Positions 1 to 12,968 of a stretch of DNA of 64,000 bases are shown here, piece by piece. This DNA comes from Takakia lepidozioides (taxonomy: Eukaryota > Plantae > Bryophyta): NCBI GenBank assembly GCA_030704615.1, contig CM060731.1, forward strand, positions 11,594,001 through 11,658,000, read 5' to 3'. The notes below the pieces were generated by a model that had not been told where the DNA came from, ran no database searches, and saw only the letters and a program-made list of their open reading frames with translations. The position numbers and the translations under genes were made by a program. Positions within the stretch are counted from its first letter, which is position 1, and each line of letters opens with the position of its first letter.

Positions 1-2545
1 GCAGCTCACAAGCCTCACCGAATTGCATCTTCATGAGTGTGACCACTTACAGACTCTCGCTGAGAACTTTGGTTGCCTTCAACTTCGTATTCTCTTCATG
101 CATCACAATCCTAACCTTATCATGCTCCCGGAAGGATTTGGATGACTTAAAGCTCTTGTCGATCTCGATCTTAGCTATTGCTCAATCCAAGAAGAGGGAT
201 TGTCTTCAGATTTTGGGGCCCTCAGTGCGCTCAGAACTCTCAAATTGGAGTACAATCATATGGTTACGCTTCCTGAGAGCTTCAGAGACCTACGAGCCTT
301 GGTCTGGTTAGTGATCCAGCATTGTCCAAACCTCACTCATGTTCGAGCGCTGCCATGGAGGCTGGAGACCCTTGATGTTGGAGATTGCCCCGAGCTTATA
401 GAGATTCCGTGGCTGGGAAATCTGAGCTTTCTAAGCAATTTAACACTGTGCAACTGCACAAGATTGGCACAAGTGCAGGGGCTGGACTCTTTGACTGCTT
501 TGGAGGAATTGAATCTGACAGGCTGCACCATGTTGCAGAGCGCACAGGGTCTGAACCATAATAGGGCCTTGAAACTGTGCTACCTGAGTGGGAGTAAGAT
601 TTCCATGCCATACGACAGCAATTGGTTGGAGGTAAGCTCAGATTTTGAGATTGAACTCTGCTGCCTTTGTAATGAGTTGCTGTTTGAATATAATGTGAGA
701 CATGACTTGCAAACCTTAATAACCTTTAGTCCTCTTCTTCCAGTCTACACTCGTTACCTAGAGTGTTTTAGTTACCCTTGATCAAGAGCGCATGTTCATA
801 AGGTCTATTTCTTCGCACGTCTTGTTTCTTTAGCTCTGTATTATATTATGTCGGTCTCACTAAGATTGTATTTGCAAGAGTGTAGATGTGGGAGATGCTA
901 ACAATTCACAGGACACATTTTCAAACCTGTATGAGTCCAGGATCTTAAAAAATTTGGACCATAATTAAAAACTGATTATGAATAGGGCACGGATGATTCT
1001 CTAATTCAACCTTGGGTTCCAAATGACAATGATCGTCAGAGGTACCTAATTCCGACAATGGCATTATACAGAGCAGCACCTTCGTTGATTCAGCTGTGAG
1101 GTGCGCTTTGGTCAGTACCTCAAAGCTTGATTGATATCACTGAAAACAGTCACAAATGCACATCAGTATTGTCTAGCAGCATTATAATCAGGGGAGAAAT
1201 CTAGGAGGTCCCAAGAATAGGGTTAGTTGGTGTCAAGATTGACCACGAATCTAACCTTCGTCATAATCTTAGCTACCTCCCATTTGCTGCAACTACTCGC
1301 CAAACAACTTTTAAGCATGGTTGTAATTGCCAACATGTCCATCTGCTTCCACTCCACATTTGATTACACAAGTTTTTTTAAGCTCTCTAGATTAGCATTG
1401 ATCCAGCTCCACATTGATCATCTAACCTCGGTTAAGAATTCCAATGTTATGTGCAGGAAGAACCAGCCATACAGGTGGTGAGCTACTACGACATTGCCCT
1501 GGGATTTGTGAACAACGGCATGGCACAAAGAAAAGTGGTGGACAAACAATGGGCCAACGAGTTCTGCATGGAGGCCACCGTTACAGAGCGGGAAAAGTGC
1601 ATAGCTGTCATCTTCTCCATCGTGGCACACGATCAAGGTTACTCCGACTATCCTCACAACCACGGTCGCTATCATGGATGGTGCATCTTGGAAGCTCGCA
1701 TTGTTCAGAACAATGAGGAGATTTACATTAGCGGTTTGTTCAGGTTGCGGCAAGCCGACATCAGGGACCAAATGTATTTGTGCACATTGCAAAGACAACA
1801 TGCCTTTGTGACTGCTCTGCAGCACGGAGACAAAATCTGCCTGTATGCGCGCTCATACTACCCTGCGTGGGCCATCACGGTGAAGCAAGGGGCAGTGTGT
1901 GTGGTCTATGCAGCAGCAGCAGGGGAGCTGGAGGAGATACAAGTGGTAGCAAATGGGGGCAGTGAGGCTGCAGAGAGCAATGTGGGTGTGAAGGCAAAGT
2001 TGACTACGCTGCCGCTGGCTGACAATCCGGACTCAGATTTCCTAAGGACCACCTTCACTTGGGTCCCGGTGTGTACCACAGCACAACCAGCTAATTATCT
2101 CTACATATGTTCCTGCAGCTGTTTTCTTCTCTTCTCTCTCTATAAGCAGTTGTTGAATACTTCAGCAGGCCCCGTGTGCCTTCACATGCATGCGATCAGA
2201 ACAAAATCATACATTGCTCCAAATCATACCTTTAGTAATTGTGGAAAGCTCATTGGCGTGCATAGATGATGGATATTTGATTCCAACCAGTCAACTAACT
2301 GATGTAAAGATAAATGCTGCCTTTCGCAGGGGAACGAGGAAGGATTGATATTCAGCTGCGATGGTTGCGGTTGTGTTCCCATTGTCACACGACGGTGGCA
2401 CTGCGATGTATGTGACCCAGGTTATGACTTGTGTGAAGTTTGCCACCAAGACGAAGCAGGCGACCGTCATACACACAGCCGCGACCATCCCATGTCTGCC
2501 AGTTCAGAACCTGATGGAAGATACATTTGTTCATCTATGAACTAA
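1..2545 (+). pseudogene. 3' part of an NLR-like LRR gene: LRR exon (1-631), post-LRR domain exon (1457-2068), ZZ-type zinc finger exon (2330-2545); in-frame TGA at 143-145
   Basis: Frame 2 reads LxxLxxLxL LRRs (QLTSLTELHLHECDHLQTLAENFG...LPEGFG*LKALVDLDLSYC...LPESFRDLRALVWLVIQHC). Phase-0 GT-AG introns 632-1456 and 2069-2329 keep the frame. The last exon CDGC..RWHCDVC..YDLCEVC..H..DH matches the ZZ finger pattern. The NB-ARC part would lie upstream of the window, so NLR identity is inferred. Confidence 0.75.
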
Positions 2546-3532
2546 GTCATTGTAACAACCAGGGTTGGAACCTGGGGTCCCTCCCAAAGTGACGAAAAGC
2601 ATCTGTGCCTCCTCCCTTGTCTTAAGTTCGCAACGATCTGGAATCGCCAACTTCAATGAACGATCGGGTAGATGCTCCATAGTGGCACTCAAAAGTACCC
2701 CCTATGGTATAAGAAGTTGGATGATAAGATACCAATGCGTAGGGGGCTGCTGATGAGGCCCTTCCGCCATTTAAGAATGTGTGAACGAGGGCGGTAGCTT
2801 GAGAATGAGGAGCTCGTAACTCCAGCTCACTTGTTCGAAAACGGAGGAAGGGCGGTCCATCACCAACATAACAACCAAATCATCACCCCCAAAATCGTCA
2901 TCTTACAAATTTCGGAAGGCCCTCTAAGGTGGTACGCCCTCTTGTCAGGATGAAAACTTCCTTTCTGAGAAGGTGACCATTCTAACAAAGGAAATTTCTA
3001 GGCAGTTTTCTATGAACTGAAGAATGTGCCAGGGGTTGGGAATAATACAAGGATTATATTCATGCCATCTTCCCCCCTTCCGGCTCGGCAGAACCATCTA
3101 CTATGTTATAGAGACAGTGATACTTTGGGGATGACGGTTAATTAGTTAGGTGGTTAGAATAGCTTGCGGGCAGATAAGGGGAGCGGCAACGGAAAGAGGG
3201 GACACTTCATAGGGAGCACTTCTTGGTGATGGAGGAGAGGAGATCTTGCGGAGAGCAAGAACGAGAGCACGGGGAAAGAGGAGAGATGTACAGTAGATGT
3301 TTGTTCCATGCAGCGTTGTAGTGATACTATAGGGCGGATTAGGAAGAGGCTCTTCTTTACACCAGCTCGGGCTGGCGTCATATATATATATAGAGAGACA
3401 ACAATAAATAAGTACTCAGGGTGTATGAATGTAGGTTTGTATATGGTTGTTACTGTAGTTTTGTTCCAAGGCAATGTATTCATGTTATTCTTGGAGGCTA
3501 GCAAGCTTCACTTGTGACTATTGTCACTAGAC

Positions 3533-5548
3533 TTACTGTGGAATGAACGCCTTCGCCCTCTTCTCCATGTCACGCACAAAAGTCTGAAGGTCTTCGTGTG
3601 AGGAGCCTTCCTCCATCACCGCTTTGCTTGCTGCGTCCCTCAACATCCTCACTCTCTTCCTCAACACTGCAATCTCCTCGTTCTCCCCTCCCATCATAAC
3701 CATCACCTTTTCCTTCACCTCCTCCCTCCCCACAAGCCCGTCCTTCCCCTTCTCAAAGTCTAGGCCAATCTTCCAAACATTCCGAATATAGCGGCAGTTC
3801 ATTGCCTGCTCTGCGTAGTATGGCCATGCTAGCATAGGCACACCGCTTGAAATGCTCTCCAGTACCGAGTTCCAACCACAGTGGGTCAGAAATACCGACA
3901 CCGAAGGGTGGGATAGCACTTCAGTCTGAGGTACCCAAGGTACAACAAGACCCCGGTCTTTAGTGCTCTCTACGAACTCCGAGAAAAAAGCAAGAAATTT
4001 GGTGTCCTCGCCACCTAGAGAAAAATTGGGGCGGAATCCCCACAGAAATGGGCGCTGACTCATTTGTAGCCCAGATGCAAGCTCCTCAATCTGCTCCCCA
4101 GACATCACAGCGAGGCTGCCGAAAGAGATGAACAAAACAGATGACGGTTCCTGCCTGTCAAGCCATTGTAAGCACTCCCGATTTTCTGGCCAAAGTGCAC
4201 TGCTGGCATCGCCATTGCTAATCGTGGGTAAGAGGCAAAGCGGCCCAACTGTACCGACGTTCAAACTCTCCTCTCGCATAGTTTCTAGGGCGGGAGCCTC
4301 CAATTCTTGGAACGTGTTGAATAGAACCCACGCACTGTCATGCATAAGAGGTGCTTGCAGTTTGATCGCGAACTCTACAACATAGACTGAAAAATCGTGT
4401 GTGAGATAGAACGAGGGCAGGTCATCAACACGCGTCAGTGGTGACAGCCCAGGCAAGCAGGTGACCATTCGCGCACGGGCTTCTGACTCCTCGATACTCA
4501 GAGGAGGACGTACAGATTGATCCAAGGGAGAGATAGAAAGAGCTGAACTTGCAGAAACTGGTGGAGCTGGGAGGGGCAACAGGCCCTCCGCAACGAGCTT
4601 GGGAATGTGTGTTAGAGTATACATGGCAACAGCGGATTGTGTGACATATGCCACAACAGGGATGCCCAAGGTTTTGGCTGGTTCATGTACGCATGTCATA
4701 GCCACATCACGTATGAGGCACGTGACAGGAGAGTGCACGATTAGTTTCTCCAGGAATTCATGAAACACAGGTGAAAACGCTTCCAATCCCAAAAGAAAAG
4801 CATTTACATTAGATATCCGGGGGTGATCTTCTGGCCATCCATCTGGTAGCCCCACAAAGTGAATTCGTGCATCTGCTCTGCGCCCAAGGCTCAAGATTGA
4901 GCAGAAATCAGTCAAAAGATTCGAGATCACTGTACACCTTCAGTCATAGCTCCCAGGTAATTTAACCGACATAAAGTCTATGAAAATCGTAAACATCAAT
5001 GATGTATTCGATACAGGAAGACCGCTGTTTTCTATATGAATGCGCCTTGGTTATTACTATCAGCAATTGTAACGTGCTTATGATTACTCTGGAACAAGCA
5101 TGGTTTACAAGGATATTGGCCGGGTCTGTCCCTCAACATCTATCTTCTCGTTGACCAGTTTAATAGAGAGAGTGAGGCAATTTCTGTGCTCTTAAAAAGT
5201 CTCAAGTTTACTAGAGTAATTTAGTGCTTGGCCGGGCTTGGGTTGAACCAAGTCTATCAATCGAGGCACACTAAGATACTGTGGTGCACTCATGTAATAG
5301 AAAGGAAGCAACGATTAATTTGTACAGTTCATCGTTTGGACTTACTCGGCTTCTGATCCACCTTGGGCTGCTCGGCCTTGCATAAAGCGATTATGGTTGT
5401 GCAGCGTGTTGACAAAGGTGATATGGAAGCCATGCGACCCTACTAGGTGCCTTGCAAGTTGCAGGTGCGGAGTGATATGACCCTGGGTTGGGAGTGGCAC
5501 CACGACGGCGTGCAACTGTAGGCCCTCCTCCTGCTTGAGAGTCTCCAT
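3533..5548 (-). CDS. Family-1 UDP-glycosyltransferase (UGT85/86-like), 2 exons: 5548-5346 and about 4877-3533
   Basis: N-terminal HAVVVPLPTQGHITP; PSPG box WVPQTEVLSHPSVSVFLTHCGWNSVLESISSGVPMLAWPYYAEQ; C-terminal EGSS. Phase-2 intron with GTAAG donor at 5345 and CAG acceptor next to 4877 (a nearby alternative AG is also in phase). Confidence 0.93.
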
Positions 5549-7218
5549 CTCGAACTGACGAGTGTAGCTGGGATTTTAATCCAATTTCAAGCAACCAATT
5601 CAAAAGAGGTTAGTTCAGTTTGCTGGGTGGAAAATCATTCCTACCTTGTCAATTACACTTATAAGGTAAAACCCCCTTCATTGTTCGCAGGAAGCAACTT
5701 TAAGAAGCTTGACGTGTTCAGTACCTGATGATGAAGTTAGGCTTTAAGGCTTCACACAGGTTATTCACATTAAAGCCAAGCACAATGGACCGGACTGAGA
5801 CTTAAACTTGTCAGAGTTAAAACTGAGTGAATAAGGTCCACTCTCTTGGAACTCACAAGTAGACGAGTGTGCCGAAGTTTCTAATCTCCAGTGGCAAAGT
5901 GCCTACAACAGACCAGTCACTCAGATCCCTGCCCATCCCCCACCCACATCTCACCCACATGTGACAACTTATCATGGAAGACTTGGACCTGCATGTGAGA
6001 TTTCTGGAGTTAGTGTATTGTTCATTGGATAAGATTCTTCATGAAATTGCTTAAGCTCAAAATGTCTGAATAGCTGTCAGATGGTTAACAAGGTTATTGG
6101 GCAAAGCCAATTTCACAGCATCAACTGACAACAGTAGCAAAAGTTCTCCAAAGCTGAATATCACCTGTAAACCTTTTAAATTCCTTTAGTGGAGAAAGCG
6201 ATGTGGCAGGGAGTCTCAGAGGCCAACAACGTACTAGGAATCTGAGTCGCTATACTATTTACCCTTGGTAAATTTAGGCAGAGGTAAAGGTAAAGGGAAA
6301 GTTTCTTTAACGTTTCTTTAGGCAGAGTACCCCTCGCCAAGATCCATAGAAGCAAGGAAAAATCTGTGAGGATGACCACCCTACCAGATTAGTACTGATA
6401 TCTATCGGTGGTGCTCTGATTCCATGCTCCGAGATCAAGGGGTAGCAGCGCGTCCCCTGTACAGTACACTCTCGAGTCAGAAATTCTGAAGTCTCAGACT
6501 TAAACTTAAGTTTTGCGACAACCATTGGATCAGATTGCAACGCCACAAAACATTCTAACGAATGGTGGCCGTTTTCAATTGTCTTTGAGGTTCGCCCTGT
6601 AAAATCGTTGACATCGCTCCCTCATAGTTAACACAGTCCGTAATTGCGAAAATACTATTCACAGCACAACTGGTGAAAAACTGGGCAGAGAAGAATCCAC
6701 ACCACATTGTTGCTAAATGCACCTATACAATCATCCAGCTAGGACACATCTCACAGACAAAGCCAGCAGCAGTAAATCATACTACCTCTACAGTGTACTG
6801 CATTTGCTTAGCAGGGATAATCCATTATGAAGTAAGCGCCCAGTTCAGATCATTTGGCAATACCTCCAAGATGTTCAAGATAAGCACCTGCAGGCTTGTG
6901 TTTGCAGCTGTCAGAAGTAGAGACTGTTCCCTCTGCCTCCCTCCCCCAAGCGCTACTTAGTGTAGCTCTCCTTGAGCACACTGACGACGCGAACCAAAAG
7001 ACTGACAGATTAAGAGAGTGAGCCCAACAAGACAGCAGCGAACAACTTATAGAGAGTGTGAACGTTTCATCCATACTACATCCATGTACTATGGATGGAT
7101 GGATGTGCCAACGTCCTACTCTCCAAAATGCACGGCCATGCAGCTCAGGCGGGCCTATTACTGAGAAGCAGCTTCCCTACTATGGAACCGTGAGGGGAGG
7201 GCCATTTTGTTGCCTTAG

Positions 7219-8568
7219 GCTTCTCACTAATAGACATTAGGGTCTTTAAGGCGCAGGGGCCCACATGTAGATGGAGAGGGTGTGAAAGTGGGAGTGCCTC
7301 CACCCTTGCTCGTCCTGCGGCAGCTAGATATGCTAGACCGCAAGTGAGTCCGCTACTAGCGAAGAGGAGCCCGTGGTGTTCTTGTAATGTACATAAAACA
7401 TTGAATATGTAGAGCAGTTTCATTCGGCCCGGTTAATTCTAGAGTGGTCCAGGAAGTAAAAGAGGGGGCCAATGTATTAAGGCCACTTGTATTATTTAAT
7501 GAAATGAAGGGTCCAATAATTAAGGATTGACTTTCTAGCGTGGGCTTTCTAGATAGTTCTAGTTCTAGTTGACTTTCCAATTTCTAGATACTTCTACTAA
7601 TATGTCGGTCCGGTGAGAAGCAACTTGTTAGTTGTTTGTTACTTGTGTCTTCAACATGCTGGCACAGGCACTAGTAGCGTGTCTCACTAGTGGTTTGAGA
7701 GCCAGAGCCAGAAGTTGTTTGCTATGTTGGGGGTCGGGCCAGGTATGGCAGGTAGGATCAAAGTGGCTGCAAGAGGGAAAGACAAGGCGGCGGAGGGTGC
7801 AAAGAAGTTCATAGAGGCAAGTGTTACTATCGGTCCCTTTATTCCACTTGATTTAGTGACATTCACCATGGTTTCCAAGGTTTTAAAAAAGCATTGGGTA
7901 ATTGTGATGGTTAAAAATATCGCAGTACCTTGGCAAGATCGACAATCATCTGTCGAATATTTATTTTATTTTGAGAATTTCATTTCGACAAACAGAATAT
8001 TCCCAAAGATGCTTTATTATCATTTCACAAAGTTATTTAATTTAATAAAATCAATTTCCAAAATTTTCAATAATCTTTGAAATATTAAAATTTGTGTCGA
8101 AATTGCCAAGGTATTACGGTAACGAGTCAGATGTAAGAGGTTTGGTGTTCAGTTTATGTTTGGTGTCATGTATGTTGATAATGGATTATTTTGTAAATTT
8201 GTTCTATCTGAACCTTTCCTAAATCCTTATTCTTTTAGGGGAGGGTGGGCCTGGTGGACTCGTCTTGTGTCTTGTGACATCATTTGCACCACTGATGGAC
8301 GCCGTAGCCTTGGAGAGTGGATCCTCCAGCCCTCCAACAGACTCTGTAAAGTGGGTGGACCCTCCAGCAGACTCTATAGAATGGACTAAATTGGGACTGT
8401 TTAGCGGACTCTGCAGAGTGGGTGGATCCTCTAGAAGAGTCTCCAGAATGGAATGGACTCTCCAACAGACCGAGTGCGTGGGCACTCGGGCTTATGAGGT
8501 GACCCCATGGGCCATACTGGTGGGGCCCACATGCGCATTGAAGACCTTAATGCTAAAAAATGAGAGGC
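7219..8568. mobile_element. Degenerate non-autonomous TIR element related to the large MULE
   Basis: Imperfect ~45-bp inverted repeats (GCTTCTCACTAATAGACATTAGGGTCTTTAAGGCGCAGGGGCCCAC vs GTGGGGCCCACATGCGCATTGAAGACCTTAATGCTAAAAAATGAGAGGC). Termini resemble GCCTCTCA of the 35-kb element, and CAGACT motifs cluster at 8330-8470. No clear TSD. Confidence 0.45.
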
Positions 8569-10030
8569 GCCCTTCAAAGCTTTAGTTTTTAGTTTTTTCA
8601 GTTAAAATTATTAAAAAAACCAAAAAAATATTATAAAAAAAATGCTCACAAATCGAGCCCTTGCATTATAGTGAGAGGAGAAAATGACACGTGTCGTGCA
8701 CATCATGCACGTCAGGGTCCTGATGTCCTGACCCCTAACCCAATAGAGGTACCGAGCCGGCATCATCACCAAACGACATACCCGTGATCAGAAATGAACT
8801 TTGGGACCTGGACCCGGCTAGTCGACCCGGCTAGTCGGTTCAGAACCGGCTGAACCCATTGTCCATGGGGCCGGTCAAGCGTCAGGTTTTTAAATTTTAG
8901 ATTACATATATACATATATATGTAATAATAAAACAAACAGGTGGTTGGGTATGGCTTGTCTTGGAATTTACCAGGCGGTGTCCTATGAGCAAGCGTCACT
9001 GCGAGGTTATTCTGAAAGAGGTTTGTTTTTGCTTCTCACTAAATTAAGGGGTCTTATTTGTATTCGGAGTTGTCGCTCTGAGGTGTTTCTCTTCATTTAA
9101 AAAATAAAATAAATACTTTCCTTAATAAACTTGAAAGTCATCCACTTATAGTTCATAAGTTGTTCACAAATATAGGTTTTACATGGAGAGTGGTTCTCAT
9201 CCACATGGATGAACCATACAATGTTGTCAGTAACTACATCATATAGGTGGTCGAAAATTATGAGGTCAGTCCACCGTTAGAATGAGCGGATTATAATGTG
9301 GGAGTGACCCCCAATTTGTAGGCTCATACAAGAACTCATGGAAAAACTTGGTTTGACCACCAATTTTTTCCATTTTCCAGTTTTGGGTTCCCCTCTAATT
9401 TTTGACCAATTGCTGCCTTCCAAGTTGAGGACATTGTGTCCAAATTTTAGCATGTAATGACATGTTTTCACCAGTGCCCCTTAGCATGTAACTGCTTAGG
9501 GGTACATGTGGAAAAAAAAAAACAAGGTTTTTCCTTGGATGCAACTAGCAGCAAAGTTTTTGCATGAAATTGAAATTTTAAACCGTGAGTAGATGCCATG
9601 TAAGAATACAAAAATGATGCACCAATTCACACTTGGAATTTCCAAGTTTTTGCTTACGACATAGGTTAGATTATCCGGCCAGCGGCTTTGGCATGAATCC
9701 TAGGCTATCATTGGTCCAAGTCACCTAGTCAACACGCTAACATCACACAAAATCTGCACTTTTACACATGTCAGAAGTCATAAGCGGCGCTGTAGTAATC
9801 CAAATGTCGGAGGATATTTAGTGCATTCAATAGCTGACACTGTAACCTCCAACTTTGCTTTGGGGCCCACCTCCATCCAATAACCGGTGGCATCGTCGCA
9901 TCGTCCTTTAGGGGTTAATCCTCAACAAAAGAAAAATTGAAAGGGCTAGCTTGCCACTATGTAGCTAGCTGGTTTTGATACTCTTATTTGTGCTAGCTCC
10001 GGCTGGCGTCATATATATATATATATATAT

Positions 10031-10320
10031 GCCTCTCATTTTACAATAATTGGGACGTTATGGCGCACGCGCGAGCTGATCGGTGGGCCTCGCGCACGGA
10101 CGCCCGGCTCCCCCCATCCGGACCCCCCCCCCCCCCCCCCCCCCCCGGTCGCCCACCTGCTGCCGCGGCCCCACCAGCCCCGCCCGCGCTCCGCCCGCCA
10201 ATCCGCTGTCCGTGAGTCCAGTTCCCCTCAGTCCGCCAAACCGCCAGTCCGTTGTGCCAGTCCCCGCAAATCCACACAACAGTCCGCTGTGCCCGTCTGC
10301 TGCCCCCAAGTCTGCCAATC
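10031..10320 (+). repeat. Left TIR of the giant MULE
   Basis: Near-identical reverse complement of about 45050-45367; GC-rich. Confidence 0.9.
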
Positions 10321-10689
10321 CGCGCTGGTCGACTGAACCAAGAATCTTCTCACGGATGACAATGACTTCGAAACACAGTCCGAACTTCCACCTTGTAAAC
10401 TTCCCGAACTAGATATTTTTATTTGACGGTATATTTGGACACATTAATGTGAACATTGGAATCCCAAATGCCCTACCTCGAGATTCATCTAGACAATGAC
10501 CAAATATACCGTCCATTCTGAGAAACCCATCCGCGCCATCCATGTTTAGGGCATGGAAGATCGTAACACCCTGCCACGAACTCGCCCACTCGTTCTTGTT
10601 GTCTCGTTCTTGCGACTCTTTGTTGTCCAATGTTGCGGAGGTGACTTTGCACGCATGCGGCTGTTGTTCTTGTTTATGGCGATTTTAAT

Positions 10690-11285
10690 GACGATGAAGG
10701 GTGTGCCTGAACATGAGAGGGCTGGCGGGGCTCTACAGCCACCATCGTGCATATGCTTCCACTATTTTCGCCTTCGTTTTGTGCTAACGTGTTTATTTTT
10801 TAGGACGATATGTGGAAAAATTGCATGCGTTTACGATTTGTGGTGTGTCTCCGAGTCCGAGCTCCTTCGTATGGAGCAGGAAACCATTGGTAACACGATA
10901 GTGGAAATCGCGGAAGCATATGCACGTGGGGGCGTGTATACATTGCAGAATTTATGTCCACCGATGAGACTGTTCAGGGGAGGACGTCTCTGCCACCACA
11001 TGTCTGGGAACTGCGGAGAGTGTGAACGGAACAGGATCCAGTCCAAAGGTCCTCAAACATCCAGATGCACCTCCTGAAACATCACATCTCAACCACTATC
11101 GTCTCCTTGAAAACTGGAGAATGGGAAAGGAGACGTAGCCTGAGAGATGTGGATTCACGTTGTTTGTGGATCTTCGAGGTCCTTACGACTGCAAATGCGT
11201 GTGGATCAACAGGCTCTTTGACTGCGTCTTTGTCAGTACTTTCTCTAAGCAGTGTGTTGTGCCATGAGTATGGGCATATGTAAGT
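10690..11285 (+). pseudogene. Decayed exon(s) of an unknown element gene reading inward from the left TIR
   Basis: AG acceptor near 10803, coding-like text (RTICGKIACVYDLW...; FTLFVDLRGPYDCKCVWINRLFDCVF) with stops and a frameshift, GTAAGT donor at 11280. No family recognised. Confidence 0.35.
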
Positions 11286-11374
11286 CTACTGGATGGATGA
11301 AATGCAACCACGACATGACGGCGATGCCAAGCGTGGTTCTGATGGGATATCAGTCTGGTCTGCGGGCCATCTGT

Positions 11375-11587
11375 TGCATTTCCCAAACCCTCTTTGTTGC
11401 CGACCCTTGCATGAACCCTAAACACATTATGCAATCCTCCATGAATGGTTCCCAGCGCCGTGCCACAAACGCACATTATGAGTCCATCCTGCAAGTGTGG
11501 ATGAAGCAACTTCAGGACTCGGACTTGATGCTTGCACAAATTGCCCTTCATTGCCCATGGGCAAGTGCAAGAAGCCCATTCGCTTCC
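11375..11587 (-). pseudogene. Displaced SWIM zinc-finger segment of transposase 1
   Basis: GSEWASCTCPWAMKGNLCKHQVRV (CxC...CKH SWIM motif); exactly 71 codons, flanked by inverted 7-mers CATCTGT (11368-11374) and ACAGATG (11588-11594). Confidence 0.85.
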
Positions 11588-11974
11588 ACAGATGACTTCC
11601 CCTATGATGCGGAGCCTGTCCTCGCACCATCCTCCATGGATGCAGAATTTGCAGACATACTTCGCATTGTTGGGGACGACAAATACCTGCAGAATCACGT
11701 GTTGTCTTCTCTTTGTATCTGTAGGGGGCAGCTTGTTGATATTCTCGCCAAGAGTGTTGCAGGAATGATGCACCCTGCGGCAGCAAAGAGCTTCCGTCCT
11801 GTAAATGACAACAACAATATGTCGCTGAAAAAGAAACGAGATTTCGTTGAGGCATGGAAAACGCGACCCAGGGTCTTACGCAAAACAAGGAAGAGGGTTG
11901 GTGCCCCAACACCTGCAGCACACATATACTCCACAATCTGGAGAGTCGCAGACCGTATACCAGTTTTAAAGTAG
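11588..11974 (+). pseudogene. Displaced C-terminal tail of transposase 1
   Basis: TDDFPYDAEP...SLKKKRDFVEAWK...VLK* continues the SWIM segment in frame once 11375-11587 is re-inverted. Confidence 0.7.
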
Positions 11975-12084
11975 AGTATGAAATGTAAGAAATGGTACAG
12001 TATCATTCTCCCCCTGAAATAAATTTCGGCGGTACGATTGCATGTGCACCAAACTTCCAACCTGCCTGCCAACTAGCATGGTAA

Positions 12085-12320
12085 ACCAGTCTTCTGGCGT
12101 CTGAACCAGTCTGCTCAATTAGTCTTCTACCGTTTGATCCAGTCTGCTCAACTAGTCTTCTGGTGTCTGAACCAATCTGCTCAACCAGTCTTCTAGTATC
12201 TGAACCAGTCTGCTCAACCAGTCTTCTAGTGTGTGAACGAGTCTGCTCAACCAGTCTTCTGGTGTCTGAACCAGTCTGCTCAACCACTCTTTTGGTATCT
12301 GAACCAGTCTGCTGTACCAG
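12085..12320. repeat. 33-bp tandem repeat, about 7 copies
   Basis: Unit CCAGTCTGCTCAACCAGTCTTCTGGTGTCTGAA; gives the repetitive VEQTGSDTRRL pseudo-ORF. Confidence 0.9.
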
Positions 12321-12968
12321 GCTGGGGACTCAGTCTTCAAACAGTCTGCTGTGCCAGCCTTCTCCTGAGCAGACCAGTCTCCCGGTTCTGAACGTGCCTG
12401 CACCTGGCTGACCAGTGAGCCTCATACGGTCTGCCCATCAGACTGGCCATTCTCAGCACGGTGGACTCTCATTACTCTGCTGACCAGACTTGGCAGACTA
12501 CTGGCCAATGCCATCCGCCTGTACTATACCACTCCGGTGACTCTCGACAGTCTGCTCACCAGTGTAGACTCATGGTTCCCAATCGCATCTGCTAGTTTGC
12601 CGGACTGGTCCCAACTCCTCAATCTGTCGGACTCTCGTCAGTCTGGCGACATTGCCATCTGTCTGCTCACAAGCCCAGGCATACCCTCTTCCCGTACTCT
12701 GGCAGTCTGCTGACTCTCGGCTGTTTGTTGACCAGTGGACTCCTTTGGTATGTTAAACAAAATGATTGTGTGTGCAGAGGTAAGTCCGCTTAACAACATG
12801 TAGTGAATTGGTCACAAATCTACAGCGACTACTCCACACTGCACTCATATACGACCAATAGGATGTGTATACAAAGTCATATTTTATTTCGTTGCAAATG
12901 CTCAAAAGCATGCTTACATTACAAATGCGTCCTATGGTGCACCTCTAATCTCGGACCCAGATGGATAT

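Noticed and set aside
143-145. Stop codon repaired by U-to-C editing
   Set aside because: Such editing is organellar and this is a nuclear intron-containing gene; a CGA to TGA mutation or sequencing error is simpler.
11252-11974. 240-aa plus-strand ORF as a real gene
   Set aside because: It is a chimera across an inversion junction: antisense SWIM sequence fused to the transposase tail.
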